From Tubiluchus corallicola (taxonomy: Eukaryota; Animalia; Priapulida): DNA of 64,000 nt. Position 1 is the first letter of the stretch, and every line of letters starts with the position of its first letter. Both the position numbers and the translations under genes were made by a program. Positions 59,379 through 64,000 of the stretch are shown here, one piece after another. Under the pieces are notes generated by a model that was not told the origin of the DNA, searched no databases, and saw nothing but the letters and a program-made list of their open reading frames with translations. The DNA is taken from the NCBI GenBank assembly GCA_030141605.1, contig JAQGDQ010000437.1:1-64000 (forward strand), in the 5' to 3' direction.

Positions 59379-61923
59379 CTGACTGGATTAAACCAGCTAT
59401 TGCACCAGCACATTTACTTGCTAAAACCAATATTGATATGCTGTTGATCCGTCTCTGCTTCAGATCTTCAAAGACATTTAGATGTGGCACAAATGGATGC
59501 GGCATTCGTCCTTCGTCACAACAGTCCTTGACGTAGCGAAACATGGACACTGCACGACTTCTGAGCTCCACTTCCCCACACCATTTTTCGGGATCTGGTA
59601 CAATTATTGCCTCTCTGATAAATGCCAGCTTGATCATATATGAATCGATCACCTCATCTGGTTCGTATTTTAGGATCGTAAAAAGTTTTGGTAGATTTAC
59701 TTTTGCTGCCAATAGATACATTTGTTCGACTTTTGCATCACCTCCTATCAAAAACTTCTTTTCCGACGACAACATTGCCGTTATTCTCTCGTAGTGTGAC
59801 TTGCCCCCATAAAGATTCGGTTTTACCAAAATCTTAGCGAGACGTGCTCCATCTTTGATTCTATCATCAAGTTCACGAATAAATGCAGCCTCAGCTACAG
59901 CCATTGATGCTGTGCAACTGAAACGTTCGTCTTTACCCTTACCCAGTGGCTTTGGCACAAAATGAAAACATCTAACGGAGTTAGGCCAGACGTCATTGAC
60001 ACCAGGCGGCTCTCTAGTACTTTCAAAACATGGAGTAACATCCACCGATATGGGAACTGTTTCACCACAATCCAGCTTCACCAATAGTTTAAAACATGTA
60101 CAAACTTTGTTCCATTCTACAATGTATGGAAAGGCGTTGGGCGATATCTTTTGGCCTTTCAGTTTTAACACCCTGGCCATTGCATTGCACAGTGATTTTG
60201 CAAATCTTTCTTTGAGAACTAATGGCTCTAATGGTTCATCCAAGTTGCCACTAAAAACCATAGCAGACACCATGTTTCTTTTACTCAAAACCTCGACAAT
60301 TCGACTGATTCTCACCTTTCTTGCCTTTTTCCTCCTGACGACAAGCTCACCTTTTTTGACGATGACAAAAAAATCAAACTCGTCTGGTAGTCCAACCTTT
60401 ACATCACAAGCTGAACTACCGACCATCACAGGTTCACAGTGCAGATTTGAAAGTCGAGTAATCGTTTCACAAACATTTTCTAATAAATCTAATACCTCTT
60501 TACGAATTTCGTGAAAGACGTCATATTGCTGCAATTTTCCAATTTCTGGCAGGTGCATGATGTCTGCCAATTTCATCTGACTGCGTAGGCCTACATAGTT
60601 GCTTTTAAGCAATGCAGTTTGTAGACAGAGCAGCAGATGGATACAAAACCCAATAATTAATGCATAATCACGTGTAAGTGCTCTGTAGTTGCTCTCGGTA
60701 ACCAAGGATGCCATTTTTGTATTTTGTCTCCTCATTAAAAGATCTGTCCACAGAAATAAGAGCAAAAAGCTGAAAATGTGAAAGAGCGTCAAAGACGATC
60801 TGCCGCGAAGTGAATTGAAATACCTGTAAGTAAGTAGCACACCTGCCGCTTTCTTTTGCGATTTGTATATTGGTGTTTTACCTTTAGTTTTAGTGCACAC
60901 GTCGTATACTGTTTTATTTTCGTAGTTTTTTATTTTATAGTCGGCACCATTGTCTAATAAATACACCACAGTCTGTATGCTTGAGCCAATGTTGTGCGCA
61001 TTGAAACAGGCAAGGTGAAGATTTGTGTTTCCCTGTATGTTTACAGTGTTAACGAGTTTTTTCACATTGTTATTCTGTTGGTTAGCAGTTTGCTCGCAAA
61101 ATATGTTAATCACATCAACGTTACCCCATTTGCAGGCTAAATTCAAAGGCGTTTCGCGTAGATAGTTCTTCGTGTAGATGTTTGCACCGTTATCGATGAG
61201 AAATTTTACGACGTTTGCGTGTCCTTCCCATGCTGCGTGGTGCAGGGGCGTGTTACCACGGTAGTTTTTTGTGTTAACATCTGCACCATTTCTCACTAAC
61301 TTTTCAACAATGACCAGGTACCCTTTCTTGGCTGCGTCATCCAATGCGGTTGTATTTTGAATGTTTTGCAAGTTTATTTGTGCACCATGTCTAATGAGCA
61401 CCTCAGCAACTTCCGGCTGACCGCACCATGCTGCCTGGTGCAACGGTGTACTATCGTCATTCACTTGTGTGCACTGAATGTTAGCACCATGCTCTAGCAG
61501 TGTTTCTACGACATCCGCATGTCCTTTCCTGCACGCAAGTTCTAATGGTCTCCAGCCATTGTTTCTTGTACTCTCTATTTCTGCACCCATATCTAGTAAT
61601 TTATTGACCACATCAACGTGACCCATGGCAGCAGCTATGTGAAGTGGAGTGCCGCCTTTTTCTTCAAATTCATAACGCATTCTGTGCATCTCAGAAGTGC
61701 AGTCGATTTTTGCTCCATTTCTAATCCACTTCTCCACGTCTTCCACTTGTCCGGAGTAAGCTGCTTTTATCAGGGCATTGTCATGAGCTTTCTGCTTGTC
61801 TTTTGGTGTTTGTGTTTTACTATCGTGTCTTTTCCTTGGCATGAAGTTGTCCTCATTGCACGTTACGGCTGCAAAAGTAGAACTTCGTATTCTGACACCA
61901 GCCACTAAATCTGCAGGTTCCAT
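59379..61923 (-). CDS. Ankyrin-repeat + Mab-21/cGAS-like nucleotidyltransferase (cGLR-type) protein, main coding exon (the unspliced ORF continues to a stop at 59332)
   Basis: 863-aa ORF with 8 ankyrin repeats (GxTPLHxAA..G...V..L...GA), two hydrophobic stretches, NTase motifs VGSSACDVKVGLPDEFDF and ISVDVTP, and Mab-21 C-lobe motifs SYMIKLAF and MPHPFVPHLNVF. ATG in gcaATGG context. Confidence 0.9.
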
Positions 61924-62256
61924 TGCTACTTTTCAACAAAGTGAAAGCTTTAAAGTGTCTCTGCCATTTCTTCTTTTAGAGATGTTTGAGCAGCAAGTGC
62001 CTAACGAGTTTATAACCTAGAAATATGGCTTGATACGTTCCCTGAAAAAAAGATGTCTTATTGCTTTCGCTACAGTGTAAGTTTAAGAAAAGCATAATTA
62101 TATGTACTTGCGTAAGTACAATGCAGTATACCATCAACTCTGAAATGCATGCTACGTAAAACAGCAGGCTTCATATGCTAAAGACAAAACATGCCATAAT
62201 CATTATTATTAAAAAATCTTCATACTGATTTTCTTCACTGCAATGTTAGAAATTTA

Positions 62257-62397
62257 CAGGGCCTATTTCAGGGGGGGGGGGAGTGGGGATACTTCCCTAG
62301 GGCCTCGCACCAAGGTAACATTTTTTTTTGCTTTATGCGACCATGCTGCCTCTCTCTCTCTCTCTCTCTCCCCCCCTCTCTCTCTCTCTCTCCCCCT

Positions 62398-62438
<41 letters not shown>

Positions 62439-62637
62439 AGTATTAAGGACTGGTCTTGAGAATAAAGCAGTTTTTCTTTCAATTGTTCTTTCCTTTAACA
62501 ACTGTATAACTCCATATTTTCTCTTCGAAAATGCTTCTCCGGCGTTCTAGCAGTTCAAACATTTTCTGCCCCCCCCCCCCCGAGGGGGCTCACACGTCCC
62601 ACTTCCCCGGGCCTCGCTTAGGCTGTAATAGGCCCTG
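62257..62637. mobile_element. hAT-type MITE with 8-bp TSD, carrying (CT)n(CA)n
   Basis: TIR CAGGGCCTATT...AATAGGCCCTG; GAAATTTA at 62249-62256 and 62638-62645. Confidence 0.85.
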
Positions 62638-63082
62638 GAAATTTAACAACTTGCCGACGATAAATTTAAACGTTAAATTCTGGTCTGGTTTTTACACACG
62701 TACTAATGTTATTTCAACTACAATAAACTTGCCTGCTTCACATGACTGTAGACTTCTGAGTAGACTCCTAAATGCCGTAACATCGCTTTAACGGCGTAAA
62801 CACTACTTTTCTTACAAATAGCTAGTCAATTCATTACATAACTACACCAACAACTCCTTCCAGTTCGTGTCCACGGACTCCAAAACGTTTAAGTAAACGC
62901 ACCATGTCCTGGAACATATCATACATTTCTGCCTTGCAACGTTGCCTGCCACGTACAGTGAAATTAACACCAAGATTTGTTACTGTTTAAGTGAAAAAAT
63001 GAAGTTGGCTGCTTGCCAAACTTAAGGCATAACTTACAGACAGGCGTTCCAGCACGTTGCTACAGTAGATTAATGAACGTGT

Positions 63083-63190
63083 TGCGCATGCGCCGCGCTG
63101 TTTTGCTATTTCGGAAGAGCAGAGCCAAGATTGACGGGCAGGGCGGCAACTAGTTTTAGTAAGAACCGATGTAAGTTTTCGCGGAAGTGG
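63083..63190. promoter_or_regulatory. Candidate promoter (NRF1-type TGCGCATGCGC and ETS-type CGGAAGTG motifs), probably of the ANK-cGLR gene
   Basis: TGCGCATGCGC at 63083-63093 and CGGAAGTG at 63182-63189 in a CpG-richer patch. A minus-strand GTAAG donor at about 63033-63037 and a ctttttttcag acceptor at about 62042 suggest a non-coding first exon. Confidence 0.45.
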
Positions 63191-64000
63191 TGCTGTCTGG
63201 ATTTACCTGTCTGAAGGCAGATTTCTTTGTTTTAGAATTCTGCCTGCCCAATGTCTACAATAGACATGACGGGCGTATGATGATGATGATGATGTAGAAG
63301 TTAAGAACCAATACATTTTCAATGAAGAACACACAACGATTTTTCCATATTTTTTATTTCTATCCCTCCTGACCTAATTAATTTTTGGTACATGACTGTA
63401 TTTCGTAGGCTTACCCGCATCCTATAACTCATTACATATAGTACTTCACGTACATACGCACGCATGTACACCCATATTTAGCTCTGATTAAAAACTTTTT
63501 CAAGAAAGCAAATGTGAAAAAGTCGGGGCGCGGCCTGGATTTGAACTAGCGACCTTTCGCTGATTTTGCAAAGTCATGACTACACGTTTTTATTTCAAAA
63601 GTTAACAATAATTATTGTTGATCTAGTCGGTCGTTAACACTAATCTTGAAATTTGCGGGTGTGAATTATTAATAGGTTGACAAATAGCTTTTTTAATTTT
63701 TTTTGTTTTTTGGTTTTAGTTAATATGGATTCTATGTTTCTCCCGTAATTGTTTGCCATTAATTGCCTGTGATTTTTTCTGTGTGTTTTTGGTGAATGTG
63801 GTTATATTAAAAAACAAAAATAGTGTGAAAGTCATGTTTGAGGTACACTGAAAACTGAAAAGCGTTTATTAGACAACGTACACATATGTAGAATGACTGC
63901 TACACTGAACACTGAGAACAAGAGTGTCCTGCACTGATCACTGAGAGCTAGACAGTAAGTAAAATGAGGATCACGACTGCTGCACTGCACTGAGAGTGTG

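Noticed and set aside
59543-60514. Plus-strand ORFs of 83 and 172 aa
   Set aside because: Antisense shadows of the cGLR coding sequence.

Overview
AT-rich, repeat-dense animal genomic DNA; it looks like an invertebrate metazoan, but I cannot name the taxon. Three protein-coding genes can be reconstructed by hand. (1) A Bicaudal-C (BicC/BICC1) orthologue on the minus strand: 11 coding exons from the ATG at 46823 down to 329, all with GT-AG boundaries and consistent phases, continuing past the left edge. (2) An orphan, acidic, low-complexity gene on the plus strand starting at 49699, divergent from BicC. (3) On the minus strand, a gene encoding 8 ankyrin repeats, two hydrophobic segments and a Mab-21/cGAS-like nucleotidyltransferase (cGLR) with an intact catalytic triad. 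It probably has a second coding exon (58400-58575) that the ORF track misses, giving about 906 aa. This putative membrane-anchored ANK-cGLR is the most interesting element in the window. Introns and intergenic DNA hold a 5S-rRNA-headed SINE with a 12-bp TSD, tRNA/Meta-type SINEs, piggyBac-, hAT- and Tc1/pogo-like MITEs, LINE 3' ends and more than 15 mini/microsatellites. One tandem repeat triplicates a BicC splice acceptor. All family assignments come from motif recognition only; no searches were run.
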